Below, one piece after another: positions 46,788 to 57,200 of a stretch of 64,000 bases of DNA (positions are counted from its first letter, which is position 1; every line of letters starts with the position of its first letter). The position numbers and the translations under genes were made by a program. This DNA comes from Myxococcales bacterium UBA1238. Lineage in GTDB: Bacteria; Myxococcota_A; Bradymonadia; UBA7976; UBA1532. Under the pieces are notes generated by a model. It did not search any database. It was not told where the DNA came from and saw nothing but the letters and a program-made list of their open reading frames with translations. The stretch is taken from the NCBI GenBank assembly GCA_002309015.1, contig DBWM01000043.1, positions 19,411 through 83,410 of the forward strand. The letters run 5' to 3'.

Positions 46788-46956
46788 CTGAACAGGTTGG
46801 GGCTCATTTTGAGTTGCGAGCCTTGGGGTTCGCAGCCGAGAAAAAAGGGGTATAAATGCATGAAACGACTTCGATTCTCTAGTCTAACTTGCAATTTTTT
46901 AGAGCGCTGTATGTGAGAACGGGCGTCGAAATCGCGGCTCAATTAAAGGTAACAGC

Positions 46957-47250
46957 ATGATTTTATTTTGGATTTTGTTCTCGGCCCTTTGGCTTTTGGG
47001 GTGCATTCCGGGCATGTATTTTGCGGGCCGATTTGCAGCGCAACTCGTGGCGTCAGAATCGTTTTCAAGGATTTCGTGGTTGCTTGCGGTGTTGTTCGTG
47101 GGGGCGCTTTGGGCGGTGATTTTGTTCCCGCTGCTCAGGGTGATTCTGGGCGTGAAGGCGCGCGAAGAGGCGCGCGAAGAGGCGTGCGAAGAAGGGGCGC
47201 GCGAAGAAGAAGCGTGCGAAGAAGGGGCGCGCGAAGAGGCGGAACCCTAG
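46957..47250 (+). CDS. Small two-TM membrane protein with a repetitive acidic AREE(A/G) tail
   Basis: 97 aa. Two hydrophobic helices are followed by KAREEAREEACEEGAREEEACEEGAREEAEP, which is encoded by tandem DNA repeats. Confidence 0.45.
   Translation: MILFWILFSALWLLGCIPGMYFAGRFAAQLVASESFSRISWLLAVLFVGALWAVILFPLLRVILGVKAREEAREEACEEGAREEEACEEGAREEAEP
47158..47240 (+). repeat. Short tandem repeats inside the small ORF (12-bp GCGCGCGAAGAG units, then a 26-bp block repeated at 30-bp period)
   Basis: GCGTGCGAAGAAGGGGCGCGCGAAGA occurs at 47182..47207 and again at 47212..47237. These copies are preceded by two GCGCGCGAAGAG units. Confidence 0.8.
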
Positions 47251-47924
47251 AGTTCTTCGTCAAAATCCATGCGCCACTGGCCGGCGTCGTTTACAAAATC
47301 GGCGTCCTCCTCGTCTTCAGGGGCCGGGGAAGCCTGCCAGTGAAGGCAATAGGCGTGAGCGCTCTCGGAGGCTCTGAACCGTTGTCCCTCGCGGGGTTGC
47401 ATGCGATCGCACACCATGCGCGCGGCGAGTCCAAAGGCGGCTCCCTGGGCAAAGGATCGCGTCTCCCGCGTAAAAGGCACCACGACGTCGGGCAGCCCAA
47501 AAGCCTGCATGCCCTCGCTTTGCACCGCTTTGCGATCCCCGTAGAATTCCACAAAAAGATGGAACAGGCTCACCACATCGTCGCAATTGAGCTCGCCGAA
47601 GGGTTCAGGCGGGATGACTTTGAGCGCGGTCTCTACAAAAATGCCGTAAGCACCTGATTTACAAAGCGATTTACAGCACTTGGCGGCTTGCTTGGCGTAG
47701 GCCAGATCCCCGCTCTGTTCAAAATCGATCCTTGCGCGCAAAAGGCTTTGGTGCTTGCGGATCGCCTTCAGTTCTTCGGCGGTAAAACTGTCGCCGCTTC
47801 GGGAAAGTTGCTCAAATTCTCGCACAATCCCGGGATCGGGCGGTAAAAGCTCCAGCTCAAGCGAGGTCTTGATTTCAGGGAGCTCTGTCCAGGGACCTGG
47901 AATGGTCAAAATGATGCGACCCAT
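47247..47924 (-). CDS. Hypothetical protein (possibly DUF4261-like)
   Basis: 225 aa, cytoplasmic-looking, with an acidic C-terminus. The segment SEGMQAFGLPDVVV recalls DUF4261, from memory only. Its stop shares the tetranucleotide CTAG with the convergent small ORF. Confidence 0.5.
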   Translation of the reverse strand: MGRIILTIPGPWTELPEIKTSLELELLPPDPGIVREFEQLSRSGDSFTAEELKAIRKHQSLLRARIDFEQSGDLAYAKQAAKCCKSLCKSGAYGIFVETALKVIPPEPFGELNCDDVVSLFHLFVEFYGDRKAVQSEGMQAFGLPDVVVPFTRETRSFAQGAAFGLAARMVCDRMQPREGQRFRASESAHAYCLHWQASPAPEDEEDADFVNDAGQWRMDFDEEL

Positions 47925-47978
47925 AACGTCCTATTTGGGTTGGTGATTTGCGTCAAACTAGCATTTTGGGGAAATGAG

Positions 47979-48332
47979 ATGACCAAAAAAACGACATCCG
48001 CTGCTTCTCTCCGCTACATCAAGCCGCTCGGACCGCGCATTCTGGTGCGCGTGCTCAAGCAGGAAGAGCGATCGGCGGCGGGGCTCTATTTGCCGCAAGG
48101 CGTAAAAGAGCATCACGATGAGGCGCTTTACGGCGAGGTGATCGAGGTTGCACGCGCAGATGGCCATACCGAAAGCCTGGGCGAAAACGTGAGCGGCGTG
48201 CCTTTGGGGGCAAAAATCCTGTTTCCCAAAGGCGATGGACTGCCGGTGCCCTGGGATGAGGATTTGCGTCTGCTCGAAGTCAAGTCGGTCTGGGCGACGG
48301 TTGAAGAGGTGGAAGGAAAAGAAATCCAGTAA
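47979..48332 (+). CDS. GroES/Cpn10-family co-chaperonin-like protein (orphan; no groEL follows)
   Basis: From MTKKTT (ATG 47979). IKPLGPRILVRVLKQEERSAAGLYLP plus GEVIEVA...GAKILFPK follow the Cpn10 pattern. About 117 aa, longer than the canonical ~95. Confidence 0.65.
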   Translation: MTKKTTSAASLRYIKPLGPRILVRVLKQEERSAAGLYLPQGVKEHHDEALYGEVIEVARADGHTESLGENVSGVPLGAKILFPKGDGLPVPWDEDLRLLEVKSVWATVEEVEGKEIQ

Positions 48333-48337
48333 CAAAA

Positions 48338-48898
48338 TCAATAGGTTACTGCACGTTTGGTGACGGTCGGCGTGAGCAGGAATTCCTGAAATTGCGCGAT
48401 CTGTTCACCGTCGAGGGCGTATTCCACATCGCCGATGCGAAACTCGAGCGTGCGCGCGGCCTCCATGGCAGAGACGGCGTTTGCTTCGAGCGGAATCGTG
48501 ATCGTCTCGTCGAGGGAGGGGTTGGGCGCGGTGCTGACCGCCTGATTCTGATATTGTATCTGGAGCGGAAAGGGCAGCTTGCCGTCTACAAGCGCGATCA
48601 CGCTCGTCTTTTCATTCCATCGCCATTTGGATTGATCGATGCGCTGGAAGATCAGGAACACGTTTTCTGTATGTGCTTGTCTTTTAAGGGTTTTGGATGC
48701 TTTGAGCCGGGTTGCATCGGCCCATTTCAGGCGGAAGCCTTCAAACAGAAGATGCGATTCCTGGGTGAAACGATCGTATGCGCGCGTCATTTGCGCGCCC
48801 GTCGTGGTCTGAACATGCGATTCCGGAGAAGGCGAACAGGCGGCCATCCCCAGCAGAGCTGTCCATAAGAACGCGAGTTTCAAAACTATTCCATCCAA
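48338..48898 (-). CDS. Hypothetical lipoprotein
   Basis: Signal/lipobox ...LAFLWTALLGMAAC. An alternative TTG start at 48883 gives MKLAFLW, 2 nt after the upstream stop. No family recognised. Confidence 0.55.
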   Translation of the reverse strand: MDGIVLKLAFLWTALLGMAACSPSPESHVQTTTGAQMTRAYDRFTQESHLLFEGFRLKWADATRLKASKTLKRQAHTENVFLIFQRIDQSKWRWNEKTSVIALVDGKLPFPLQIQYQNQAVSTAPNPSLDETITIPLEANAVSAMEAARTLEFRIGDVEYALDGEQIAQFQEFLLTPTVTKRAVTY

Positions 48899-49527
48899 AA
48901 ATCACAAGGCGGAGGTATGGGCTTGCCCTCTTTGTTCTTTTTGACCGGCGGTAGGTTTTCGGGCAAAACGACTTCCATTTCGCGGACTTGACCGTCCTTG
49001 CACTGCTTGATCACGTCCTTGTAGCAGTTGAGCAGCAGGGTGTCGGGCACGCCGCCGCTGTGGATGACGCCGTATTTGGCGGTGACGTCGTATTTACCTA
49101 ACGGGAGCGAAGGGAAAGTGAATAAATCAGCAAATCCTTCCAGGGGAATCTCGCGGGTCAGGTTCAGATAATGGCGCTCGCCGGTTTCTTTATGGACGGC
49201 GATCAGCGAGGCGATGGACTTGTCGTTGTTGTAGTAGCCTGGGCAAATGCGCACGGTGAGCCGGCCTTCTCCGGGTTTGAGCTCGTGTCTTTTGGCCTCT
49301 TCTGCCGCTTTTTTGGCTTCGCGCTCGGCCTGTTCCCTGGCATACATCGCGCGCTTTTCTTCGATGCTGCGCTCGCCCTTTTGGCAATGGCCGTCAACGC
49401 AAATGCTGTCGTCTGCGCATTGATCATCTTTGGTGCATTTGGCCGCTTCAAATTTGGGCTTTTGGGTCACGCGTTCGTTGCAGGCCAGACAAGCGCAGCA
49501 GATGGCGAATAAAAGGGAAATGCGCAT
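48886..49527 (-). CDS. Hypothetical lipoprotein with a Cys-rich N-terminal knot and a charged helix
   Basis: MRISLLFAICCACLAC lipobox, then CTKDDQCADDSICVDGHCQ and an EQAEREAKKAAEEAKRHE helix. It starts 3 nt downstream of the hisS stop. Confidence 0.55.
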   Translation of the reverse strand: MRISLLFAICCACLACNERVTQKPKFEAAKCTKDDQCADDSICVDGHCQKGERSIEEKRAMYAREQAEREAKKAAEEAKRHELKPGEGRLTVRICPGYYNNDKSIASLIAVHKETGERHYLNLTREIPLEGFADLFTFPSLPLGKYDVTAKYGVIHSGGVPDTLLLNCYKDVIKQCKDGQVREMEVVLPENLPPVKKNKEGKPIPPPCDFWME

Positions 49528-49530
49528 AGG

Positions 49531-50841
49531 CTATCTCTTCGAATTGATTGCGTTTTTGATGTGATCGGCGATCCCTTCGATGGCGATGCGCTCCTGGGTG
49601 CCGCTGGCTAAATCTTTGACGGTCGCCTGGCCTTCGGCGAGCTCGTCGGGACCGGCTACGACCACAAAGGGGATTTGGTTGCGGTCGGCCTGCTTTAACT
49701 GCTTCTTCAGTTTGTCGAGGCCCAGATAGAGCTCAGTGGGCAGGCCCGCTTCGCGCAGACGGCTCGCGATGGCGTAGCTTTGGGCGCGGCAGCTCTCGTC
49801 AAAAATCGTCACGAGGACCTGGCTGGGTGAAGGTTGCTCGGCGATCAGGTTGAGCTCGATGAGCGCCGAGAACAGGCGATCGACGCCTAAACTGATGCCC
49901 ACTGCGGGGATTTCGTCGCCGCCAAACATCGAGATCAGCTTGTCGTAACGGCCACCCGACATCACCGAACCGATCGATTCGAGATCGAGCAGGAACGTCT
50001 CATAAATCATGCCTGTGTAATAATCGAGGCCGCGTGCGATCGAAAAATCGATCTCCACTTTGTCGGCAAGCCCCTGATCCGCAAGCAATTGGAGCACGGT
50101 GTTGAGTTCTTTGGCGCCCTGCAGGCCCTCGGGATCGTCTGCAAACCAATCGTTGAGCGCCTTGGGATCGAGCTTCAGGAATGCAAAAATGTCGTCTATC
50201 ACCGCCTGCGACAAATGATTTTCGGTTTCGAGCAGCTGGCGTACGGCGGGCTCTCCAATCTTTGGAAGCTTGTCGAGGACGCGCAAAACTTCGAGCGCAG
50301 GCTCACCTTCGGGAATCTGACAGCGGCGCAGCAGGGCGCTCAAAAGCTTGCGGTGGTTGACGCGCATCACAAAACGCTCAATACCGAGCGCGCGCAGGAC
50401 CGAAGCGCCCACCGCCAGGCATTCCGCGTCGGCCATCAGATCGGGGCAGCCCACGATGTCCACATCGCATTGCACAAACTCCCTAAATCGGCCGCGCGCA
50501 GGGTTTTCTGCTCTCCAGACGGGGGCGATCTGGTAGCGCTTAAAGGGCAGCGGCAGGCTCTTGTTCATGCCGATCACGCGCGCCAGAGGCACCGTCAAAT
50601 CGTAGCGCAGGGCTACATCGCGCTCGCCGTTGTCGAGGAAGCGGTAGAGCAGTTTGTTGCCTTCATCGCCGTATTTACCGAGCAAAATATCGGCATATTC
50701 GAGTGCAGGCGTCGCCAGCGGGGCAAATCCGAAGGACTCGAACACCTGACCGATGCGATCGAGCATGCGCTGCTTGGGCAGCATGGTAGAAGGTAAGTAG
50801 TCGCGAAAACCCTTTAAAATCCGAGGAGTTACTTTGTTCAT
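49531..50841 (-). CDS. hisS: Histidine--tRNA ligase
   Basis: 436 aa with class II motifs (LRYDLTVPLAR; RYQIAPVWRAENPARGRFREFVQCD; SGGRYDKL) and an anticodon-binding C-terminus. Confidence 0.9.
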   Translation of the reverse strand: MNKVTPRILKGFRDYLPSTMLPKQRMLDRIGQVFESFGFAPLATPALEYADILLGKYGDEGNKLLYRFLDNGERDVALRYDLTVPLARVIGMNKSLPLPFKRYQIAPVWRAENPARGRFREFVQCDVDIVGCPDLMADAECLAVGASVLRALGIERFVMRVNHRKLLSALLRRCQIPEGEPALEVLRVLDKLPKIGEPAVRQLLETENHLSQAVIDDIFAFLKLDPKALNDWFADDPEGLQGAKELNTVLQLLADQGLADKVEIDFSIARGLDYYTGMIYETFLLDLESIGSVMSGGRYDKLISMFGGDEIPAVGISLGVDRLFSALIELNLIAEQPSPSQVLVTIFDESCRAQSYAIASRLREAGLPTELYLGLDKLKKQLKQADRNQIPFVVVAGPDELAEGQATVKDLASGTQERIAIEGIADHIKNAINSKR

Positions 50842-51127
50842 GAGAGACCTTTAAAGCGCCTGCGTCCTGTTTGCGCCGTCTGTAAAAAGTGTGCAGTTTG
50901 ACGGCGAAGCGGTGTGATGGCAAGCGATCTGCGCGCCTGATGGGGCGACCCGGGCAAAAAACGTCCATTTTTTGAACAGTCTGATCGATCTGGACGCTTC
51001 CGGGATCGCCTTTTAAAATGCAACTGTATGAAATTAAAGCGATAAATCGTTATCAAAAGTTGGCATCATTTTTGCAATCATTATACGCGGGAGCTCAACA
51101 AAGGGCGCAGCTCGAAAGAGAGGGACA

Positions 51128-52486
51128 ATGGCGAAAGCAAAGACGGTCTATGTTTGTCAGGCTTGCGGACAGCAGAGCGCGCGCTGGCTCGGTCGCTGCG
51201 TCTGTGGGGCCTGGGACAGCTATGTGGAAGAGGTGATCGCGCCGCCTGCGCCTTCGGGAGGAAGCGCCGCGTTTGGTGCCCTCGAAGCCTCTCTGCCGCA
51301 GCGGCTATGCGAGGTCTCCTGTGGCGTAAATGCGCGAAACCTAACTGGATTTAAAGAACTCGACCGTGTGCTCGGAGGTGGCCTGGTGCCGGGCTCCCTG
51401 GTGCTCGTGGGCGGCGATCCGGGCATCGGTAAATCGACGCTCTTGCTTCAGGCGGCCGAGATGGTCGCGCGTTTGGGCGTAAAAGTGCTCTATGTGACGG
51501 GTGAGGAATCGCCCCGGCAGACGCGCATGCGGGCGGAGCGCCTGGGGGCGGTGGCGCCGGATTTATGGATTCTGGCCGAGACTTCGCTCGAAGCGATCGA
51601 AAAACATGTGGCCGATGTGGCGCCGCGCATGCTGGTGATCGATTCGGTGCAGACGCTTTGGATGGAGGGCGTGCAGTCTTCACCAGGCAGCGTGGCGCAG
51701 TTGCGGGCGGTGACGGCAAGGCTCATGGCGATCGCGAAATCCCGCGAAATCTCAACGTTTTTGGTGGGACACGTGACTAAGGACGGAGCGATCGCCGGGC
51801 CTCGGGTGCTCGAGCATATGGTCGATACGGTGCTCTATTTTCAGGGCGAGCGCGGCCATCCCTTCCGCATTTTGCGCGCGGTCAAGAACCGCTTCGGCTC
51901 CACTGACGAGATCGGCACTTTTGAGATGAGCGACAAGGGATTAAGCGAGGTTCTGAATCCCTCTGCGCTGTTTTTGGCGGAGCGGGCTTCCGGGGCTTCG
52001 GGTTCGGTGATCGCTGCGGCGTTTGAGGGCACGAGGCCCCTCTTGGTAGAGGTTCAGGCGCTGGTGACGCCTTCGGTTTACGGTACGGGTCGCCGGACTG
52101 CGCTCGGTGTGGATTCGGGTCGGCTCGCGCTGCTGCTTGCGGTGCTCGAAAAAAAGGCGGGGATGTCGATCGGCCAGGCGGACGTTTATGTCAATATTGC
52201 CGGGGGGTTACATATCGATGAGCCCGCAATCGATCTGCCGATTCTGGCGGCTTTGGCTTCGAGCCATCTCGATCGCCCCGTCGATCCGGGAACGGCGCTG
52301 TTTGGTGAAATCGGTCTTGGCGGCGAGGTGCGGGCGGTGATGGGGGCGGATGCGCGGGTGATGGAGATTCGCCAATTTGGCCTGGAGCGCGCGCTCTTGC
52401 CTGCGGCGAATCTTACGAATTTAAAGAGTGACTTTGCTCTTTGCGGGATTTCAAACGTCGATCAGCTGCTCGCGGAGCTGTTCTAA
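51128..52486 (+). CDS. radA: DNA repair protein RadA (Sms)
   Basis: 452 aa with the zinc finger CQACGQQSARWLGRCVCG, Walker A GDPGIGKSTLLLQ, KNRFG and a Lon-like C-terminal domain. Confidence 0.9.
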   Translation: MAKAKTVYVCQACGQQSARWLGRCVCGAWDSYVEEVIAPPAPSGGSAAFGALEASLPQRLCEVSCGVNARNLTGFKELDRVLGGGLVPGSLVLVGGDPGIGKSTLLLQAAEMVARLGVKVLYVTGEESPRQTRMRAERLGAVAPDLWILAETSLEAIEKHVADVAPRMLVIDSVQTLWMEGVQSSPGSVAQLRAVTARLMAIAKSREISTFLVGHVTKDGAIAGPRVLEHMVDTVLYFQGERGHPFRILRAVKNRFGSTDEIGTFEMSDKGLSEVLNPSALFLAERASGASGSVIAAAFEGTRPLLVEVQALVTPSVYGTGRRTALGVDSGRLALLLAVLEKKAGMSIGQADVYVNIAGGLHIDEPAIDLPILAALASSHLDRPVDPGTALFGEIGLGGEVRAVMGADARVMEIRQFGLERALLPAANLTNLKSDFALCGISNVDQLLAELF

Positions 52487-52508
52487 CGATGCGATTTTTA
52501 AAGCAAAA

Positions 52509-53987
52509 TTATGCTTTCTGAACGACGGATTTCCAGCGGTTGAGCAGCTGAGCGACCTCTTCGATGGGGCGGCTTCGCGTAAAGCGCCGGTCTTCTTTCC
52601 AACTCTCGCGGATCGATTCCAGATTAGGCCAGAAGCCCACCGCAAGGCCTGCGAAGAAGGCAGCACCGAGCGCAGTGGTCTCGATCAACGCGGGGCGGAC
52701 CAGCTGAACCCCCAGCAGATCGGCCTGGAATTGCATGAGCAGGTTGTTGGCTGAAGCGCCGCCATCTACGCGCAACCCCGAAAGCGGCTTTTGAAGATCG
52801 TGCTGCATCGCGTTTAGGACGTCGTGATTCTGGAATGCGATACCTTCGAGCACGGCGCGCGCGAGATGGCCCTTGGTGGTGCCTCTCGTGATGCCGTGAA
52901 TGATGCCGCGCGCTTCCGGACGCCAGTGGGGCGCACCCAACCCCGTGAGCGCCGGCACAAAAACGAGACCGCCGTTGTCTTCTACGGTTTCGGCCAGAGC
53001 TTCGATTTCGGCTGCAGACTGAATGAGCCCCAGCCCATCGCGCAGCCACTGAACCGCCGCACCCGCAATAAAAGCGCTGCCTTCAAGGGCATAAGTCACG
53101 CTGCTGCCGAGCTTCCAGGCTACGGTGGTCAGCAGGCCGTTGTTTGAAAAGACCGGCTGATCGCCCGTGTTGAGCAGCATAAAGCAGCCCGTCCCGTAAG
53201 TGCATTTGGCCTCTCCGCTTTGAAAACAGGCCTGGCCAAAAAGGGCGGCCTGCTGATCGCCTGCGATGCCCGCAATGGGGATACCGTCGGGCAGCGGAGC
53301 AAAGCCGCGCGTGTAACCGTAAATCTCGCTGCAGCTGCAGATTTTGGGTAAAACAGCGCGCGGTATTCCCAGAATGGAAAGCAGGTCGTCATCCCAGTCG
53401 AGGGTTTGTAGATTCATCATCAGGGTGCGGCTTGCGTTCGATACATCGGTGACGTGGCTCATGCCGCCGCTCAACTGCCAGACGAGAAAACTGTCGATGG
53501 TGCCAAAGCAAACATCGCCCTGTTCGGCCTGCTTGCGCGCGTCCGGTAAATGTTCCAGCAGCCAGGCGAGCTTGGTGCCCGAAAAATAGGGATCGAGAAG
53601 CAAGCCGGTGCGCCTGCGAAAGATTTCTTCGTGACCTACGGCTTTCAGCGCCGCGCAGCGTTCGGCCGTTCGCCTGCATTGCCAGACGATGGCGTTGTGG
53701 AGCGGCGCTCCGGTCTGGCGATTCCAGAGAAGGGTGGTTTCTCGCTGATTGGTGATGCCGATGGTGAGAATCTCGTCGCCGGTAATGTGCGCCTTTTCAA
53801 GAGTTGACTCGATGGCAGAGCGCACAGAATTTAAAATGGCTGCGGGATCATGTTCGACGTAACCCGGTTTTGGGTACAATTGTGGAAATTCGCAGGATGC
53901 TTTGGCGAGCACCTGAAGTTCGTGATCCAAAACGAGCGCGGTGGTGCCGGTGGTGCCCTGATCGATGGCGAGTACGTAGCGTTTCAT
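52509..53987 (-). CDS. glpK: Glycerol kinase
   Basis: The real start is probably [16 protein letters not shown] (ATG 53987); the track ORF extends to 54101. FGGY-family layout throughout. Confidence 0.9.
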   Translation of the reverse strand: MKRYVLAIDQGTTGTTALVLDHELQVLAKASCEFPQLYPKPGYVEHDPAAILNSVRSAIESTLEKAHITGDEILTIGITNQRETTLLWNRQTGAPLHNAIVWQCRRTAERCAALKAVGHEEIFRRRTGLLLDPYFSGTKLAWLLEHLPDARKQAEQGDVCFGTIDSFLVWQLSGGMSHVTDVSNASRTLMMNLQTLDWDDDLLSILGIPRAVLPKICSCSEIYGYTRGFAPLPDGIPIAGIAGDQQAALFGQACFQSGEAKCTYGTGCFMLLNTGDQPVFSNNGLLTTVAWKLGSSVTYALEGSAFIAGAAVQWLRDGLGLIQSAAEIEALAETVEDNGGLVFVPALTGLGAPHWRPEARGIIHGITRGTTKGHLARAVLEGIAFQNHDVLNAMQHDLQKPLSGLRVDGGASANNLLMQFQADLLGVQLVRPALIETTALGAAFFAGLAVGFWPNLESIRESWKEDRRFTRSRPIEEVAQLLNRWKSVVQKA

Positions 53988-54229
53988 CGAAAACTCCGCA
54001 TCAAAAGCATGTTGTGAGGTGAGAACGAGGGCGCGATGCAACTTCTTAAAAGTAAATGCTGTTTTCGTTTGGCCTGCAACGAAAACTGGCTTACAGAGCA
54101 AAAAGAAAATGCATGCGGCGATCCAAAAACTTGCGGTCCTGTTTTAAAATCAAACAAATATTTGTGCCTGCGCGATAATGAGGCGCATATCTTCGATCGT
54201 GGCGAGCGCTTCGGTGGCATGGAGAGAAC

Positions 54230-57200
54230 GTGAAACGATACGTCCAATTGTTCATTTTGTTGCTGGCGGCTGCAGCGCCGATGAACTCCAGCTGGGGTGA
54301 GGAAGAATCGGATCCAAAGCCCGGTTCGCTCAAGACGGTTTCCATTGATCCGACGTTTGAATTTTTGCAGACCACTCTGGAGCAGTTTGGGCCTCAGTCC
54401 GCAATTTTTGGCGCAGAGGGTTTGCCTCAGGGGACGGATCTTTCGGGAGCTGGCGCGTATGTGATTTTTCGTTACGCCCCTATGGAGAGCGAATTAAAAG
54501 CGCTTTCAGAGCTCATTCGCTTCTATCGGGATGCCGATGGAAATCTGAACCATACGGGGAAAGTTTATAGCGCTTTCGTTCCTTTCTCTTCATTGCCTAA
54601 GTTATCAAAATCGCAGCTGATTGAGCGTATTGAGGCCAGCTGGCATCCCAAAGCATCGCGAAACCTGGCCCAGGTGGTGGCGGAGGCGCAGGCTGATGAG
54701 ATCTATTTAAGGCCTGTAGATGGTTTAGATGGCAGGGGCACTACTGTGGCGGTGATCGACAGCGGAGTCGATGTGCTGCACCCTCATTTTTTCCATGCTG
54801 ATGGCGGTTTTTATGCCTGGCGCAAGTTCGACAACGGTTCGGATTCCAAAGACTTTGAAGTTAATAAAGATTGCGTCGATTTTGATGGGGACGGTCAATG
54901 TTCCGAATATGAGAGATTAAAGCTGCTCAAAGCGCATACATTGCATGATGGGGGGCCGTTTAAGAACGACCTGTCCGCCGAAGTGAGCGAGCTGTTTTTG
55001 CCCGAAGTGGACTGGCTTTACCTCGATTTAAATGGCGACGGCCGCCGCAATGCGGGCGTGGATGAAGGGTTTACCGAAACATCGCTGGCGTATGGAGAAC
55101 CCATTTTCGTGGTGCAGGATGCCAACGCGAACGGGATGCTCAATGTCAATGAATTGCTGGTGCGTCTGGGCAGCTCAAAAATCCGCGCGGTCGTGTACAA
55201 AGACAAGACCTATGAACGCGGAATTACAGGGAAAACAAGCCTGATCTATGCCGCTCGGGATTTGCGTGCGTCGCAGGCGGTTCACGGTACAGCGGTCGCG
55301 AGCATCATCGTCGGCGGGCAGCAGGAATCCCATAAGCGCGTAGGTTTGGCTCCGGGCGCCGATCTCGTGATGTTTGTGAATGAAGGCGGTCAGGAATATG
55401 CCCAGAGCGAATTGCCGGTTTGGTTGAATCAGCTTCAAAAATACCAGCCGCGCGTTCTGTTGCATGAATGGGCCATCGAATCCCGCTTCGCGTCCGACGG
55501 TCATTCGGCCATCGAGCAGGCCATCGATACCTTGTATCGCGATGAGCATATGCTTCAAATCACTCCGGCTGGAAACTGGGGTCAGGCCAAAAAGCAATTG
55601 CTGATCGATTTAACGCAGCCAAAGAGCAGCTACGAGTTGCCGTTTGTCGTTCCGAGCGCATCGGAGAGTTATCAAACAGCAATTTTCGATTTTACCTGGC
55701 CCAGGGCTTTGGGGAGCGGTTCTCTGGCGCTGACGGTGCCTTGTGAAGTGGGCGCAAGCAACTGTGCTGTCAATACTTGGTATTTGGAGCAGGGCAGCGG
55801 GTATCTGCCGCTGGGTCAGGGCATGTATGCCTATGTGACCGTTGATTTGAACGACCAGGATCCCTTCATTCATACCACCCTTTATTTGACCGTGGGTGAA
55901 CAGCAAAACCGGGCGGGCCTGGTGAAAGGGGATTGGAACCTCAGTATTTCTCATTTGAATTCCTCTGCCTTAAGCGGGAGTTCAAACAAATATTTATCCG
56001 CTCGCGTCAATGATTTGCTCAGCGGCAAAGATGAAGGAATCGCCTGGAATATTTCGAGCGGGCAAACCCATATCGATGTAAACGGGGGATCTCTTCTGCT
56101 GCCTGCAACCGCCAATTCTGCTTTTGTTGTAGGGGCTTACGCTGGTCAATTTGTGGAGTCTGGTCGCAAACTGGGCGATTTGCGCAGTTATTCCAGCCGT
56201 GGACCTCGCGTCGATGGCCTGGCGAAAATGAATCTCGGAGCGCCGGACGATCCTGTTGTGGCATTGGCTTCCAACGCCGAGGATTTGCAAAAGGGGTACG
56301 GAAACAGCTGGTTTGACGCCTTTTATGGGACCAGCGCTTCGGCTGCAGTGGTGGCGGGCGCTTTGGCTCTGCTCCTTGAGAAATATCCGACCTGGTCCAA
56401 TGAGCGATTGACCGCGCGCTATACAGAAAATGCCGTGACTGCCAACTGGAACTCCACCATCCCATATGAAACCGCATGGGGCGTGGGCAAGCTGAATGTG
56501 CGCAAGTCGATTTATGGCAACAACGTAGGGCCTGCATCCAATAAGAGCCCTCGGGGCAAATTGTCGGCTTACGGCCGTGCTGATCGTTCGATTTATTTTG
56601 ATGCCCAGGCTTCGCGCGATGATGACGGCGATGTCCTTTGGTATCGCTTCGATTACGGGAATGACGGTTATTTTGACACGGATTGGCAATTGGAACCGAT
56701 CAGCGGGCCCTGGGCGTGGAGTTCGGAGGATGACAATGCGAGTTCGGAGGATGACAATGCGAGTTCGGAGGATGACGATCCGATCGGTGTGCTGAACGAA
56801 GATCACAGCGAGGGTTTTCTCGATAAGCTGCTGTTTGCGCGCGTGGATGTTCGCGATCAATGGGGTGGTCGTGGCGGTTACATTCACACGTTTACGCGCG
56901 GACAGATTATGGGCAGCCGCAATCAACAGATTTGCGAACAATATTGCGAGGATATGGCGACTTTAAAGGGAAGCAGCTTATGCAGAAAAGCGATGGAAGG
57001 CATCGATTTGACGGACTGCCTTTGGAACTGCACGCAGATGGACTTTCACGATCCGGGCAAAGGGGTTGATCCCATCACTGCGATTGAAAGCGAAAACAAG
57101 GAATGGATTAAACCTACTGACAGCATCGGCAATTTGAGAGTCCTGCAGCCCTCGGATGACTCCATCAACTGCCGTATGGCCAGAATGTTATTGATTTTGC

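Noticed and set aside
47158-47240. Tandem repeats here and at 56719..56781 as CRISPR-like arrays
   Set aside because: The units are contiguous with no spacers, only 12-30 bp long, in frame within ORFs, and no cas genes are present.
46968-47657. A 229-aa plus-strand ORF spanning the small-ORF repeats and running antisense to the 225-aa gene
   Set aside because: It is Arg/Gly-rich and driven by the GC-rich repeats. The frame starting at 46957 has proper TM helices, and the minus-strand gene has a more protein-like composition.
55994-56941. A 315-aa minus-strand ORF antisense to the S8 protease gene
   Set aside because: It is long but has no recognisable motif and Arg/Ile-rich composition. It lies entirely within a gene whose sense frame carries the catalytic Ser and a PKD-like domain. 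I judge it a chance open frame in GC-rich DNA.
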